Notes under the pieces: generated by a model
Database searches by the model: none
Seen by the model: the letters and a program-made list of their open reading frames with translations, nothing else
What the model was told of the DNA's origin: nothing
Program-made: the position numbers and the translations under genes
Shown here: piece by piece, positions 39,452-54,710 of the stretch
Numbering within the stretch: position 1 is the first letter of the stretch
Layout: each line of letters begins with the position of its first letter
DNA from: Neoconidiobolus thromboides FSU 785
Lineage: Eukaryota > Fungi > Entomophthoromycota
Length of the DNA stretch: 64,000 nt
Direction: 5' to 3'
NCBI GenBank assembly: GCA_025603075.1
Contig: MU626316.1
Coordinates: 1-64,000 of the forward strand

Positions 39452-41405
39452 TTTTGATTAAAGTGACTTTAAAAATATGTACTTTATCTTCTTTATATAC
39501 TTGGCCATCCAATTAATTTTGTTTCAAATTTGGAATTCTTAGATCTATTCTTTAGATCTTATTAACCAATCATATTATTTCTATACCTTTCTTATGATGA
39601 TGATTAGTATGGTTGGTACTTCAATTATACCGTTCAACTTGGAAAAGGGGACGCAAGATTTATTAAGAGGATGCTTTTAGATGCTTAGCAACATAGGTTT
39701 ATAAAATATCATTTAAAATATCATGTAAGATATATACCTCAGGTTTCAAATAGCGAGAAAACTGGTCCATTAGATGCAGAAGTTATATTTTTGGCTCAAT
39801 TTTTGCCAGCGAAGTAACAGGTTTAAATTTAAGGGATACAACATGCAACTTAATAAGGTTTAAATAATATTATTTTGTAAACCCACTTTTTATTATGACC
39901 TAAAATAAAATTATGATGTAAAATAATGTCAAAAAGAGTCAATTTTCTAGCAGTGAAATCACTATTGAGATAAATTAATTTAAATATTTTAGAAAAGTCA
40001 AACTCAAATTAATTTTATTCACAGCCAAGCTTTCGTAAGCTTATGACCCACTATTATTTTGAAATATTTTTATTTATAGATTTGTTATATTTATATTTGA
40101 AATATTTCTCATAAAATACTATTTATAAATTTCAAGGTATAATTGTATTGTATAATATACTAAAACGACATGAAAAGGGAGCTACAAGAGGAGTGCTGTA
40201 GAAAAATCAGTCAAGCTATGTTTATTAGTGGCAACAGGAATTAATCCACCACTGAAAGAAGGATTTTATAGAGGAAAATTTATGAAAAGAACAGAGATTT
40301 TGGATTTTGATTCTTCAGCCGTATTTCTTAAAACACTTTTCTTTCACAACCAGTTGAAAGTGTGAGCCATTAACTTTAATTTAAGGATACATTTTGATGA
40401 AAAATTAATATTCAAAAATTTTGTAAATATTGACGTAACTATATGCAAATAACACCGACAAAAACTTACATGTCGAATTTAATTGATAGTTTAATAAATA
40501 TTTGAGTGTAGCTGCTTTTAATAGCTATCATTAACCCCTTGAGTATTGAATTGCTTGGAAATTTTTATATCAGTGTTTTTAAAAAAAAAGTCAATTAGAT
40601 CAAAAATTTTACTTGATTGGGTTAACTGACAACAACCTTTTAGTACCAAGCATCTCAAGAAAATTCTGTTTGATTAGACCATAGTTTCTAACCAACTTTA
40701 TGCCAATTGATTAGTTTTCTTGGAATTCAATGTCCAAAGAGTTGAATTCAATTTAAATCATGGAAGTAATATTTACCATGATTTTATTTCACTTCAAAAT
40801 CGTATGTGGGGAATCCTTATCATGATTCAATTTAATTTTGGAATACAAAAGTTTGACGACCATTGTTTATTCATGGTACTCAAGTGGTTGACTCGTCAGG
40901 TTTAGACTTAGCGAAAAAAAGCATGATAGTTTAAGTCATCATTTGCGCACGAAACGTCTCTTGACTATCAAAGAGTATTTGAAATTCTGACTAAAATATC
41001 CCATAAAATCTAATAAATTCATATTCTTAGATCTAACCCTTTTTTCAAAAGGCTCTTGAAATAGCTGTAAAGAAACTCATAAGCGTTTTATTTCTAGGAA
41101 TAAAAAGGAAAAGATAATGGAGGAACATAGTTTAAATGTAAAGATAGACCCCTTTGCAATTTTTTAATACAGTATTTCCAACTCAAAGTGTGGGCTTTTC
41201 TTATAATAGGCACTTTAACAAAATTCCCTGTTAGTTTCAGGAAATTTGAAATTTTCATAAAAATAAAACTGCTAAGTAATTTATAAAAAAGCGCTAAATA
41301 ATTTTAAAAAAAGCGATAATATCGTTTAAAAAAATAAGTAGTTGTTAAAATTGAATCAGGAACTTTATAAAATGTTGCACAAAATCTAAATTTTGAGTTA
41401 TTATT

Positions 41406-41488
41406 TGAGGATGTACTTTTGTGTTTAAGAATTTTACTAACAACTTTTCCGCTTAAATAGCACTTAAAAAATGGAAAAAACACTCTCA
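41406..41488 (+). mobile_element. MITE copy 9 (internal deletion)
   Basis: Flanks TT/TT. Confidence 0.8.
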
Positions 41489-42269
41489 TTTATATAAATT
41501 TGGTTTACTCATATTATGAATATTTTGTTAGTTTTTAACATAGTTTTTGAATGTTTATAATAAATGGTTTTAATATCAGGGTTAAATTTCCATTTAATTT
41601 TTGGTATTTTTTTGATAGGTTCAGTAACCTTATTTTTAATCTTTTTAGTTTATGAAATTTGAGATTAAAATAAGTAGAAATATCGTGTGTAGGTTTTGTT
41701 TTTTGGCCAAATAAATAGCCTAGAATTATAGGGTTGTGATAGTAGCAGAATTTTACAATGGAGAGTCATCTTGATTTTTAGACTAGATAAACTTTTGCCC
41801 ACACAACAAGAATGACAGTGTTTTTAGCAAAAAGGGTTTTAGATATGAGATTACTTAACAATAGCAATTAAATAAACTTCTTTCTAGAACTATGATTATT
41901 TTACATAACCTACAATCCGATTTTTACTATTAAACAATTAAATTTTGAGAGTTAAAATCTCCCTTTTTTTATTCATTTATAATTTAATAATACCATTATA
42001 AAAAAGATATACTTTATTAATAAATAATTGCTTGATTTATATTATAATTCAACAATTTAAAAATCAGGCTAAAATCCAATTTTACTAACTTAACAACCAA
42101 AATAATTTTAAAGTTGCTTGGTTTAGTTCTAAATACAGGAGACAAATGATTGGTTGAATCTAGGACCTTGAAAATAGGTATAATTTATAAGTTGATAAGT
42201 TTTAAAGAAATAATTTAAACTCCAAAAATTTTAGCAACAAATCTATTTCTATTTCAAGATCATCCAAGG

Positions 42270-42891
42270 ATGATGAATCAAGCAATGATGCCAACAACGA
42301 CTATTGAAATGTCTACTATCAATCATACCGATCCCCCACCTCCTGAATTTACTAGTATTACAATTAATTATTTACAAGGATTTCAATTGCTACCCCATTA
42401 TACTTTAAGAAGTGATTTGGATCGAGATTTTTATAAAGTGATGATGCATGGGGATAATAAATTAAAATTGGAATTAAAACGCGTGATTATACGTACCTTT
42501 TGTTTTCGTCTACTTTTACTGTTGCCTATATTGTTGGGTATCGTATTTGGAGTACTTTATGTTTACAGGGACTCAAATTATTTTTTTGCTTATTCTTTAA
42601 CTATCTTTTTATTCTTTAGTTTTATTATTGTTACTCAACTTTATGTAAGCTTTTATTGTTACTAATATTATTCAGTATTTGACTTATTTCTTTTAGTTTT
42701 TAATACATTATTTAAGATCTGTACGTGATAAAGAAAGTTATTTGAAACTCAATAGTAGTTTAGCAGCGCGCTTAGAAGCTAGTGAAAGAAGTAGATACCA
42801 AAGGGAAATCGAAAGAGTTACTTATACCTTACCACCTCCTAATTATATTGAAGCTGCCAACTCACCGCCAGCTTATCAACAAGCTCATTAG
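42270..42891 (+). CDS. 2-TM PPxY-tail membrane protein, copy PY1 (intron 42645-42696)
   Basis: YKVMMHG, two TM helices, tail LPPPNY...PPAY. Confidence 0.85.
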
Positions 42892-42997
42892 TTTTTTTAG
42901 GAATCTTTATCTTCAATTGTAAATAATAATTGCATTTCATTTTTAATTTCATTGATTTTTCATAAGTAATAAATTATTTAACTTTTTACATTTGTTA

Positions 42998-43028
<31 letters not shown>

Positions 43029-43569
43029 TTAAAACTTGATAGTTGTTACTCTATACTATAATTATTTACTAGCATTTATTAACTTCACCAATATTATCAT
43101 TATTACCGCTATGCCCCTCAATATCACAATTAATCTTTCAAAAGTCACCTACTTTTTGTATCCTAAAACAATTTATAGCTTTAACCTATCATTAGCTTTT
43201 AAAAAAACCATAATTTGATTTCGAAATTGAACTTCTAACTTCGGAATTTGTATTTCCATTTTTAAAATCGACATAATTTATAGCGTTACAATGCACGAAA
43301 GGTGGGCAAAAAAAGATGGTAGTTTAAATTTCAGAGAGTTGCTTATATTGAAGTAGTTAGTAACTTAGAGGAGTACTTTGAGCAAGTTAAATGAATAAAA
43401 GTTTGAAATAAACTTCAATTGACAATCAACTAAATATTCAAAAAAGAATAAATGGCCTTTGAATCCACCTCAAGCAGCAAATATAAAGCATACTTTTACA
43501 AAAAGGTAGGCTTTTTATATAAGAACCTTATTTATTTATTTATAAAATGATGGCTATCAAGATAAGATA

Positions 43570-43669
43570 TCGGGGCGTTTTTTTAGTTTTATTACTTTTT
43601 CCGTTTCTTAAGTGCTATTTGGGTAGAAATACCACTAGTAAAATTCTTAAACAAAAAAATACATCCTCA
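43570..43669 (-). mobile_element. MITE copy 10
   Basis: Probable TA/TA; left end reads TCGGGG. Confidence 0.8.
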
Positions 43670-45894
43670 TATGCTGAAAAATAAAGCCATATTTTGGCAT
43701 ACAGTTTTAAGTGGTGATAATCATTTAAGCTTTAAAAAAGCTAAAATAAGAGGTTGACGTTAAAGCTATATAAAAATTTAACTCTTTATTTCAATGAAGC
43801 ATGAGAATGATGGCATAGCTGTTACACAGTTTAGTTGTATTAAATTAATGTTATTATGGCGTTAAATACATGTTGAGGTGGCTCTTTTTAATAGCTCCTG
43901 TTACTAATGCATTACCATTATTTATTACTTATAGTTAATATAGTTCTATTTTTAATTAATTAAGTTCCAATCTATTTATTATTTATAAGAAGTCAAAATT
44001 TATATAATGAATTTTAGTTCTATTTAAAAAAGTTACTGTATAGAATTCAGTATTATTGTATGTTATTTAAATAAAGTTTATAGTGGAACTTTTTTAATAA
44101 ATTATCAAGGTAAAATTCTAATATAATTGGAAATTATAATAATATTCTGTTGTTAATAAATTAGTTGTTATAAAATCATTGTTTTAATTTTGATGTTCCT
44201 TAGTAATTATTTATTATCACAAATAACTTTTAATTTAAATAAATAAGATATAAAGCCTTGTTACATCTTGCTTACTGAATTTCATAAGCATTTATTAAAA
44301 AATAAGGAGGCTGTTAATTTAAGTTTTTTTTGTTAATCTTCTATTACTTTGCTTTAAAGATCGCCATAAGATAAGATATTAATTCATTCAGGTTAATTTA
44401 ATTTACATGGAAAAAGTAAATTATAACATAGTTAAAAAGAACTTTTAAATTTATTACATCAAAAAAAATATAAAAATAAAATTCTAAGCATATAAATAAC
44501 ACCTATTTTTATAACAATTATATAGTAAGTCAATTATAAAAGAAATCATCACATTTAAAAAATACGAAAAAAAGTATTTCCGGTTCTAAGATCTAAAAGC
44601 GGAAGAATTTGATAAGGTTCAATGATGTGGAAATATGTAAAAAGTATGGATATTATAATATTGTACATCAAGGTTTCAAATAAGATGATGATGACATTAT
44701 CAAAAAAAGGTGGAAGGATAAAAAGTAGGAATTTTAAAGTATTATTGACTTGAGCTTATCAATGTTTCATTAGTAATATTAATTATCAATTTCAGTAATA
44801 TTAATGTATATTATAAGTAATAATAGAATTATAGATATATATATTTATATATTAACTTGAATTATTGTTTCAACGATAATATTAAAATAGAATAACTTTA
44901 CAATGTTTAATGACAATAAAATGAAAAATAATTAGTTTTCATTTTTCGTAAATTGACTTAAAATATCAATGTTTTAGCTATGATAATATTAAAAAGTAAT
45001 AATAAATACTCATTAAAGTTCAATAACAGTATAAAATAAAGAGGATGAAAATATTAATTTTTACATGTAATTAAATTCTAAGTCATGATTGAAGTAATAT
45101 ATATGGATCAAACTTTTACTAACATTAATTTAATTTATTAATTTTGAACTAAGGTTTCTAAATTTGTTACTAAAAATAAAAAAAATAAACGTTTATTATT
45201 GTAAGATATTTGTTAGTTAACTATTTTTATTTTATTATTTTGAAATATTATTTAGTTGACTATCACTCAATAATAATAATGTTATTATAATTGACTATTT
45301 ATTGATTTTATTGAGTATTTTAAACTTACAACTTTTTATTGAAATAAAAGATTATTTTTTATTGATATTTCTATTATGAAATAATAATTTTATTTTAATA
45401 ATTTATTATCATTTTACATAGAATTTTTTGTACTACGTAGTTTATTTATTTTTAAATTTTATTAATAATTTGTTTATTATTAAATATATCAACTTTACGA
45501 ATAGTATTAAAATTGTTATTGTGATTGTCTATTAATAGTTCTATATTAAGTGGTTGTTAATAGTGGTTGGGTCATTTTATTATGCAATTTATTTGAAATT
45601 TCATAGTCATGATTTAATTTATTTATTTAAAAATCTAGCCTTTTATTATTTTATTAGTTTTTAACGTTAATTTAAAGAATATTTATCTTCTAGTGAAATA
45701 AATATTTATTATTAACCATTTTTTTAATGCAAAAAAGAATCAATGTATATTTTTAATTATTTTTTTATTAATTATAATTACAGGCGGCACTTAATGCAAA
45801 CGAAATAAGGCTATCTCAATAGCAAAAAACTTTTTAGTTAATGGAAATAAAATACAACAATCATAATGTAATCAATACAATAAGATAATACAGA

Positions 45895-46431
45895 TTAAAA
45901 TCTTTCGATAATTTTGACCAAAAACAGTGTTAGAGCAAAGCTATAGTTCAAGTTTTGAGATGAGGACTTGAGCTTAATATTAGGAAGCATATGGAAGAAG
46001 GAAGTGGATAATTTGGCTAAATAATCTCCATCATTTAAGAATGTTTTAACTAACCAACCTTTCTTTAAATCATGATTAATTTGATAAGATTGAGCAATAT
46101 TATCGTCATAGACTTGTAAAGACCATAAGGCTTTATTTAAAAATCTTAATGTAGATGTGATTTGACTTTGTCTTGTGATAATCCAAACATTATCAAACTT
46201 CATTTCCATTTTACCAACTAAGGTATTACGTTGGTCCATAATTTGTAATACTTTGACATTATAATCGATATATATATTGTAAATGACTTGTTTATCTTCA
46301 TTGTTTAAGAGTTGATAATATTCATCATTAACCATATGAATCTTTAAACCTTCTTTATTGAAGCCAAAGGACTTTTTGTTTTTACTATGAAGTTGAAATT
46401 TGGAAGTATTGTTAGATGGTAAGATCTCCAT
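45895..46431 (-). CDS. Hypothetical 178-aa protein, possibly Tubby-C/LURP-one/scramblase-like beta-barrel
   Basis: Intronless ORF; beta-strand periodicity ending in a single hydrophobic helix (YSFALTLFLVKI). Confidence 0.55.
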   Translation of the reverse strand: MEILPSNNTSKFQLHSKNKKSFGFNKEGLKIHMVNDEYYQLLNNEDKQVIYNIYIDYNVKVLQIMDQRNTLVGKMEMKFDNVWIITRQSQITSTLRFLNKALWSLQVYDDNIAQSYQINHDLKKGWLVKTFLNDGDYLAKLSTSFFHMLPNIKLKSSSQNLNYSFALTLFLVKIIERF

Positions 46432-48060
46432 GTTATGTTATTTAGTTATTAAATAGAAAAGAATATTATTATTTTTGATTTTGAAATAAAATTGAATCTT
46501 CCATATCTTGAGTATTTATACTTTTTCAATAAATGCTTGAATTTCCCTATTAGTATCAAATGATAATTCAAGGATTAATAATGAGATCCCTTAAATTTTG
46601 TATTTAGCATGAACGATAAGAATAAATGAAACTATTACAAAGCTATGATTCAAATATTTGTTAGTATTTTTTTATAGAAATTTACAGTAAATTAACTTTT
46701 TAAATAAGAAATTTAATTGGCTTAATTTTATGAATTTAAGTTCTAATAGTAGGTGAAACCAAGGTTTAAGGCTAAACTAAGGCAAATGAATGGATTAAGC
46801 GTCAAATAAGGATCAAATGTTTGATCAAATGTTTAATAAATATCAATAAATAGGCCAATATAATATAACATTAATATAATAATTTAACCATGATTCAGTA
46901 TTGTAACTCAAGTATTTAGAATAATATTTTAAATTCATCAATAAATGTTTATAAAGAAAATAGTTCTTGTTGAGCTTTTTTAGGTTACTTGGCAATAATT
47001 TGTAATTTAGCGGGAAAAATAATGCTAGTTTAAATTGGTTCTAAACATACTATTATTTTATTTTTTAAAATATAACTTCAAGTTTTAAAACCCTAAATTA
47101 TATTTAATACATAATGTATCATAAGATATCAGATCTGAAAGATTCTTTTAATAATTTTTTTGGTTTTATCTTAAACCTTTACTTCTCTTTTTACTATTAT
47201 TATTACTACCCTTAATGTTACACACACGGCTAAACACCTCTTATATTTGATTTATTATATTTTGAATATTATGGTTTTATTATTAAAAATAGTAATTAAA
47301 AGTTGATATTTTAAATCATTCTAAATCTTTACTGCGAACTTGAATTTTGTGTAATTTGATGATAATTGCAAAGTTATTTAATATTTAACTCTTATTTTAT
47401 CTAATAAAAGTATAGTAATTTACGATTTATAAACTCAAAAATTCAAAATTCTATTTTTAATACATCATTTAATGAACTATTCTAATTAATGTTGTTAAGG
47501 ATTTGACTTAATTAGTTAATTAACTCATTATTTTGAAATAAAAACCAAAATTTAAAGCATATATTATGATTCTAATTTTATAATTTTTTACATTTTCAAA
47601 TATAAAGTAAAAATTATTTAACTTTATTTATTGCTTCTTAATCACGTTATAACCCGATTATCCTTTTTCTAAGCCCTCAACTCCTAACATTGACTTTGAA
47701 AAAAGTAATTTAAGCCTTATAAATATTTCTAAAGTCCCGTGCAAACCGGATTTTATTAATAGTTAAGCCTATAACATACTATTCAATAAAAGCAACTGTT
47801 GGTATTTATTGAGTTTTTTAATTTTAATGATTTAACTACAGTAAAAATAATATAAATAGAAATTACTAATTTTAAATATTGTATAAATAAAGTAAACTGA
47901 TATCTTGTTTATTTAAAATAAATAGTTATTTTAAATATTTAACCCCTATTTAAGAGATGCTGGTACTCTTTAATTTATAAAACTGGTTTATTTTAAAGTC
48001 CACAATAGAATAACTAACAATATTGAAATAAGTAAAGTTATTACTCCAATATTTCAAAAC

Positions 48061-48150
48061 AAAATAAAATAAAATAAAATAAAATAAAATAAAATGAAAT
48101 AAAATAAAAAATAAAAAATAAAAAATTAATTAATTAATTAATTAATTAAT
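48061..48150 (+). repeat. (AAAAT)n followed by (TTAA)n simple repeats
   Basis: Direct reading. Confidence 0.9.
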
Positions 48151-49603
48151 GAATTAAAACATCAATATAATATTATTTGGAGTTAACTATATTGTGGTTT
48201 TATCCATAAAACAATATATTTTGTTTCTGATATTTAAAATAGTTCCTTAAAATTTATACTAAATTAAATAATAACTTATTATTCATTTTACGTAAAAACT
48301 TCAATTTTCGGACTTTCAAAGATTGAACAAAATTATCACTTTACTCACTTTGGTGATTGCAATTTTATCTTTTTTTACAACTTAATAAATTACAGTATGT
48401 GATTATCAGGTTAATGAATTCAGTTATTATAGTTAATTTAATAATGAGATAAAGTAGAATCACTTTAAATAATAGAACTTAATAAATAGAAAGATCAAAG
48501 TAATACAGTAGGACATGTAAGAGAGATGTTATAGTTATAAAATAGATGTTAATTATAAAATATTATAGAATATAGGATAGTTATGGAATTGGTATAGATG
48601 TAATAGAATAAATATGACTATAAGTTTTTACTTGATTTTTCTTCTGTTGATTACTGATATTTTATTTATTCTTATTTTCTATTTTGATAATTGATACCTT
48701 ACTTCTCTTCTATAGTTAACTAATATCTTGTCCCTAATAATATCTTCCGATGTAGAATATCCAGTTCCGTATTTTTTTGTACTGAAATTTATTAAAGTTG
48801 CAAAAATTCAAAACTTATTTATCAAGAGAAAAATACTGATTTAAAGCCTAAAAAGATTGTAAACTTTAACCCAAGGCCAAGAAAAAGTCAGATATATAGT
48901 GATTAATTTTGATAGATCTTACTGATAATAAAGTGACGTGGACTAATAGAAGGATTTTAAATAAGTTTTTATAATAAATTCTAAAAAACATAAAGTAAAA
49001 GATATTATATTAGATGAAATGACATAAAATGAATAGTAAGTAAAGAACAACAATAAAAAACAATTACTAATATGAAATCAATAAGGTAATGCAACTAATT
49101 TCACATTGAGTTCATAATTAATTAAGCTATATTAAGATTAAAAAATAATTGAAAATTCAGTAGTAAATTCAATAATGATATTTTATTTCAAGACCACTAG
49201 ATTATTCTACTTCGCTACTATTTTCATATTGTACTTCCTTATTGTCTACTAAAAAAAACTGCTAATTCAAAGAGGATTAATATTCAGTTAATTTAAAACT
49301 AAGCATAGAGGACCAATTAATTTACTTTATCAATTAAAGGATGAAAGCAACGTTTATAAAAACGAAAAAGGTAAAATGAAAAAGATAAAAAAAGAGGCAA
49401 AATTATTATTTTAAAAAAAGCATGAATATCAAATCATAAAACAAGCGATAATGATAAATTATTAAAACATATAAATAGAAAACGAAGGGGTTAATTTAAA
49501 AATAAAATCTTTGAAATTAATTTTCATTTCTTTTTCATTTCTATTTCTTATTTATTCTTTAGAGTTTTTTTTAAATTCCGTTGTAGGATTATTTATCATC
49601 ATT

Positions 49604-50311
49604 ATGTCAAATATCAATACTACTACCACCATTGTTCCCATCACAACCCTTGCTACAGAACAAAACACAACATCAACAGTAAATATAGATGATAGTCTAA
49701 TATCACCTGTCGACCCCACATTAGAGATATTTGAACGAATAAGCATTGATACTCAATTACCTAGTTATGAAGAACATTCAGAGCCCATAAGAATCAAATC
49801 AAATTATGCTTTTAGTACTTTAATACCTAAAGATTTATATAAAGTAATGATGTATGGGAGTGAAAAAGAACATTATCAATTTCAACAAAGTATTAAAAGA
49901 ACATTTTGGATTCGAATTGGATTATGTTTATTAGTAATAGGATTAATTGTTACTGGTGCAATTTGTTTAATTTATACTGTTGGTTCTTTTTTTATGTCGT
50001 TTTTGATTGCATTGATATTTCCATTGATTTATTTATTTTCTCAATTTTTGGTAAGTTGTTTATTATATTTTATAACTCATGTTACATATAATTAATTGCT
50101 TTCTACTTTCTTTTAGTGGTGGTTACATTATCATAAATCGTGTAGAAATAAAGATACTTATTTAAGATCTAATTATCGATTAGCTAGTAAATTCTCACGT
50201 AAAGAGAATCAACAAAGGAATCAATTTGCAACTAATTTTTTAGAATCCTTAAGTTTACCACCATCTTATTTTTCTTCTAATTTAAATTCACCCCCACCAG
50301 AATATGTTTGA
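49604..50311 (+). CDS. 2-TM PPxY-tail membrane protein, copy PY2 (intron 50051-50116)
   Basis: LPSY in N-terminus, YKVMMYG, two TMs, tail LPPSY...PPPEY. Confidence 0.85.
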
Positions 50312-50801
50312 TTCTGTTAGATAAAAAAAGAAGGAATTAAAATAGGAAAAGGGGTACTTTATTTATCATCATTTATTTTGTTTAAGTTAATATATTCTTT
50401 CATCTCTCTTCTCTTATTATCATTATTAATTGTATTATTTAATAAAAAATTATCAGTGCTTTTTTTATTTTCTTATTAGTAATGTTTAGCCATTATGTTT
50501 TTATATTAATTGTTTATTGTCAACGCATTGTTATTATTATTATTGAGTTTTTATTGGTTAACATTATCGATTTCAACTCATCGGTTCTTTCCATACTCCG
50601 AATCTAGCCTTTTGGGAACCTTTTATCCGCTTTTATCGTAACATTATGATCTTAATTTACCCTTATTAATTAGTATCATTGATTTTATACTCTCCTTATT
50701 TTATTATCACATTTTCAATCTCAATAAACTACTTTGTAAGTTATTAAATTGAATTTTACTCAAGATTAATTTTTATTAGAGAATATTTGATATTGAAATC
50801 A

Positions 50802-50804
<3 letters not shown>

Positions 50805-50858
<54 letters not shown>
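50805..50858 (+). repeat. (AAT)18 microsatellite
   Basis: Direct reading. Confidence 0.95.
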
Positions 50859-50860
<2 letters not shown>

Positions 50861-51534
50861 AAATGAAAATATAGAAATAAATAAGAATGTTGTCATTATT
50901 TTTATATTTTAAAGTTTATTTTTGAATAAGAATTTATTTTTATTAAGGTTTTAGTTAAGGGATGAACTATTGAATCATTTAAGTCACTAGAAATTCAAAT
51001 AGATTTAGGGGATGTTAAGATAGATAAATAGGAGAAGTATGAATCGGGTAAAGACAAAGGGGCATTAATTTTAGTGAATAAAATTAATTATACTTTGGGG
51101 CTTTAATTGATAATTAATTATTTTAAGTTGATTTATTTGTAAGATACGACTATTAGTTTTCTAAAATTAATTACAAAATTCAATTATAAATAACTTAGCA
51201 AAATAAAAATAAAAATAAAAATAGAAAAATAAAAATAGAAATAAAAACAAAATATTTCATTAATAAATTAATTATTGATAAACTACAAATAATTATTTTA
51301 TAGTCTAATTACACTATTAATATAATCATAGTCTATTTTAAAATTCATCTTTTATTTATATAAAAAACAATAATTATGATTAAAATAAATACATAAAATA
51401 AATCATAATTAATATATAACAAGTTTTAATACTATAATAAAACTATTACTTTTTTTATTTCTTCATATATATATATATATATTATAATATTGGTATTATA
51501 TTAATATAATAAAGTCAATGAATAGTTAATCTTT

Positions 51535-52880
51535 TTAAATACAAGTCAATTTCTTTGATAAATTCCACAATTTATCTTGTAATTCAATATCTTTAGTCCA
51601 ATAAGTAGGTTGCATTGGTAATTCATCTGCAAAATATAAAGAATCTTTTGGAATATTATCTAATAAAGCTAATCTTAAGGTAGTCATTGCTCCTTGTAAG
51701 GGTGTTTTCATAAAATAATTTCCAAAAATATCTACTGCTTTGTCTGCCATAGAATCATATCTAAACAATTCAGTTTTAACAACTCCTGGATGAACTACGT
51801 AACCTAAGAAATAGAACTTAATTAAATTATTATAATATTTGTTATTAATTTAAATTTACATTGTACTTGATCGGAGATATGTCTTTTAAATGCATAAGTG
51901 CTCATAACAACAGCTGCTTTTGCTTTAGAATAATGAGCTAGATCATTGTATTGTTGATAATTATTAATGTCTTCAAAATCACCATCAGAAGCTAATTAAT
52001 TTAATATTTAGACTTATTATAAATAAGGAATAATAAACTAAACTTACCCATATAATGAGCCAATGAAGATAAATTAATTAACTTTGAGTTATTTGTTGCA
52101 ATTAATTTATCTTTTAATAAATTGTATAATAAAAAGTGACTTAAATAATTCACTTGAAAGGTTAATTCAAACCCATCTTTACTACGTTCAAATTCGGGAA
52201 TTTTCATAATTCCTGCGTTATTGATTAATAAATTTAATGGTAAATCTTTGCTCTCAAATTCCTTTACGAACGACTTCACAGAATCAAAACTAGTTAAATC
52301 TAATGCAATGAACTCAATTTTACTATTAAGACCGCAATCTGATTTGATCTTTTCAATAGCTACTTCCGCTTTTTCTTGCGAACGACAAGCTATTTAAGAG
52401 AAATTGATTATATTAATTAACTTTTATTTTAAATATTTAACTTAATTTAATTTACCTAAAATAACATGAAATTTAGCTTTAACTAACCAATGAGCGGTTT
52501 CAAATCCAATACCAGTATTACCACCTTTAATCAATTTAACATATTAATTTTTACTACTCAAACTCTTAAATATTACCAGTGACAATTGCTACTTTATTTT
52601 CTTCATTAGGATGATTCTTTAAATGTTGTTGAACTAATCTATTGAAATAATATTATTAATACATAGACTTAGTAAAATAATAAAAACAATCAAATGTTAC
52701 TTACTCATTAGCATGTTTTTCAGCATTAGAATATTCGCCAAGGAAATAGTAATATGGTGAAAACATTACTGAAAATACCATCATTATACCAGCTTTAACA
52801 ATATAAGGTAATGGGAAATAAGTAGCAAAGTTTAACAGAGATTCTTCTGCTTTATTAGAATACTTGGGTGTTAAACTCAT
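51535..52880 (-). CDS. Retinol dehydrogenase 12/WWOX-type SDR with N-terminal hydrophobic segment, copy SDR-A, 6 exons
   Basis: VAIVTGGNTGIGFETA, LLINNAGIM, DGFELTFQVNYLSHFLL, YSKAK, VHPGVVKT. Confidence 0.92.
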
Positions 52881-53411
52881 TATTTTGATATTTGGATCTT
52901 ATTGTTTTTATTTGAAATCTAATAAAAAGTAAAGTGTAATTAAAATTCATTCCATTTGGTTTTATATAGTGATGTCATCTTTAAATAGTTGAATTTTTAA
53001 ATGTTCTATTTTTAGCTTCCAAAGTAAGGGTAAGTGGTTTTCGAAAGTCTTTTTAAAACTATAATTTTCAATTGAAATAGTAATTACTCGGAATCTTGAT
53101 CGGGATTAGATTAACTTGTTAAAGGTTTTTTTGAGTTTTTAAATTGTATTGAATATTTTTTAATGTGAATTTAAAAATGTATAAAAAATTTCAATATTTA
53201 AATTAACTTTTAAAAAAATTGACTATCATTTAAAAGCAACAAAGATTTCTAACTATGAGCTCTTTTGTATCAATTTTCTTACCAATTTTCTAATAAGATC
53301 ATCGAAAATTTATATAGAACACAATAAAATAAAAAAATGAAATTAACAAAAGTATAATAATAAAATAGCAATAATAATAACTCATCGTTAAACAAAATCA
53401 TTGCATTTAAT

Positions 53412-54002
53412 TTAACCCTGTATATAAGCCGGAGGTAATGTATTAGCTTCTCGATAATTAGGAGGAGCAATAAACTCATAAGAAATAACACCTGCAGTTA
53501 ATTGTTGTTCTCTTTCGTTAGCTTCTTGTAATTGAAATTTAATCATTGTTCTTCTATTAAATTTAACATAATTGGCTTGATTTTTTATGGATCGTAAACA
53601 ATGGATGAGATACTAAAGAAAAGGTTAGTATAATGATTATAGTGGGATATATATATAAATACAATAGAGGATATAATGATTACTTACCCAACCTTGAATG
53701 AGTAAAGTAAACAAACAAAAGATAGATAATGGTAATAAATATGAATAAAAGGTAAAACTATCATTATGATAAAGTATAATTGATACTGATATTATTAATA
53801 GTATGGGAAAGATAATAAAAAATCGATAGATATATGTCTTTAATATACTCAATCTTAATAATGTCTTTTGTTGTTTGTTTCCATAGATCATAACTCGATA
53901 AATGACATGATTGAGTCCATTTTTAATGGCATAATCAGAGGCTATTTCAATTTCGTTTTGTTCAGAAACAGTATTGTTGTTGATAGGGGGAGTTAGATCC
54001 AT
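53412..54002 (-). CDS. 2-TM PPxY-tail membrane protein, copy PY3 (intron 53613-53687)
   Basis: YRVMIYGNK, two TMs, tail APPNY...LPPAY. Confidence 0.85.
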
Positions 54003-54611
54003 TAAAGAATAAAGAAATAAAAAACTAAGTTTAAAAGCTTATAATTATATAAATTATTTATAAATATCATGATTTTATTAAATTTTCTATTTTTAACATT
54101 AGTCTCTCCCTGAATTTTACTTTAAATTTGCATTTTACAGTTATTCCAACTCTTTTGTGAATTTATTAGTGATAATTTTTATAGCCAAATCATTTATATA
54201 GGTAATTTTTTTAAAATCCAATCATTATAATTAAACTGAATTTTAAATTAATGTTAATTCTTAAATGAGGAATTAGTTGGATCATAGTGGGCTGTAACAA
54301 GTAAAGCTTATTTAGCCTATCTGTTATTTTATTTAATTCTCTTTTTATGTTGTCATTTTTAAATAGATGATAATTTAGTAAACTGAGTAAAATAAGATAG
54401 AAAGTAAAAGAAACTTGATGATAGTTATTTTTACTAATTTTAATACTATTAATAAGGGATGAAATAAAATCCCTAATTAAAAGTTCTAAGTAAATACTAA
54501 ATTCTATGAAATTCTAACATGGATTTAATGAAATGTAAAGTGTGGTGGCGCAGAATAGTTGTCCAATTATTGAGAACTATGAAAAAACTCATTAGTAGTT
54601 GAAGAAACATT

Positions 54612-54710
54612 CGGGGATGTATTTTTGTATTTGAGAATTTTACTAATAATCTTTCTACTCAAATAGCGCTTAAAAAATGAAAAAATAATGAAATCAAAAA
54701 AACATCTCCA
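54612..54710 (+). mobile_element. MITE copy 11
   Basis: Probable TT/TT; left end ambiguous by one base. Confidence 0.8.

Noticed and set aside
40600-41100. Possible retroelement relics here and at ~13700-14100, ~32350-33050 and ~59930-60260
   Set aside because: GC-richer and coding-like, but no unambiguous RT, RNase H or integrase motif could be read; needs a profile search
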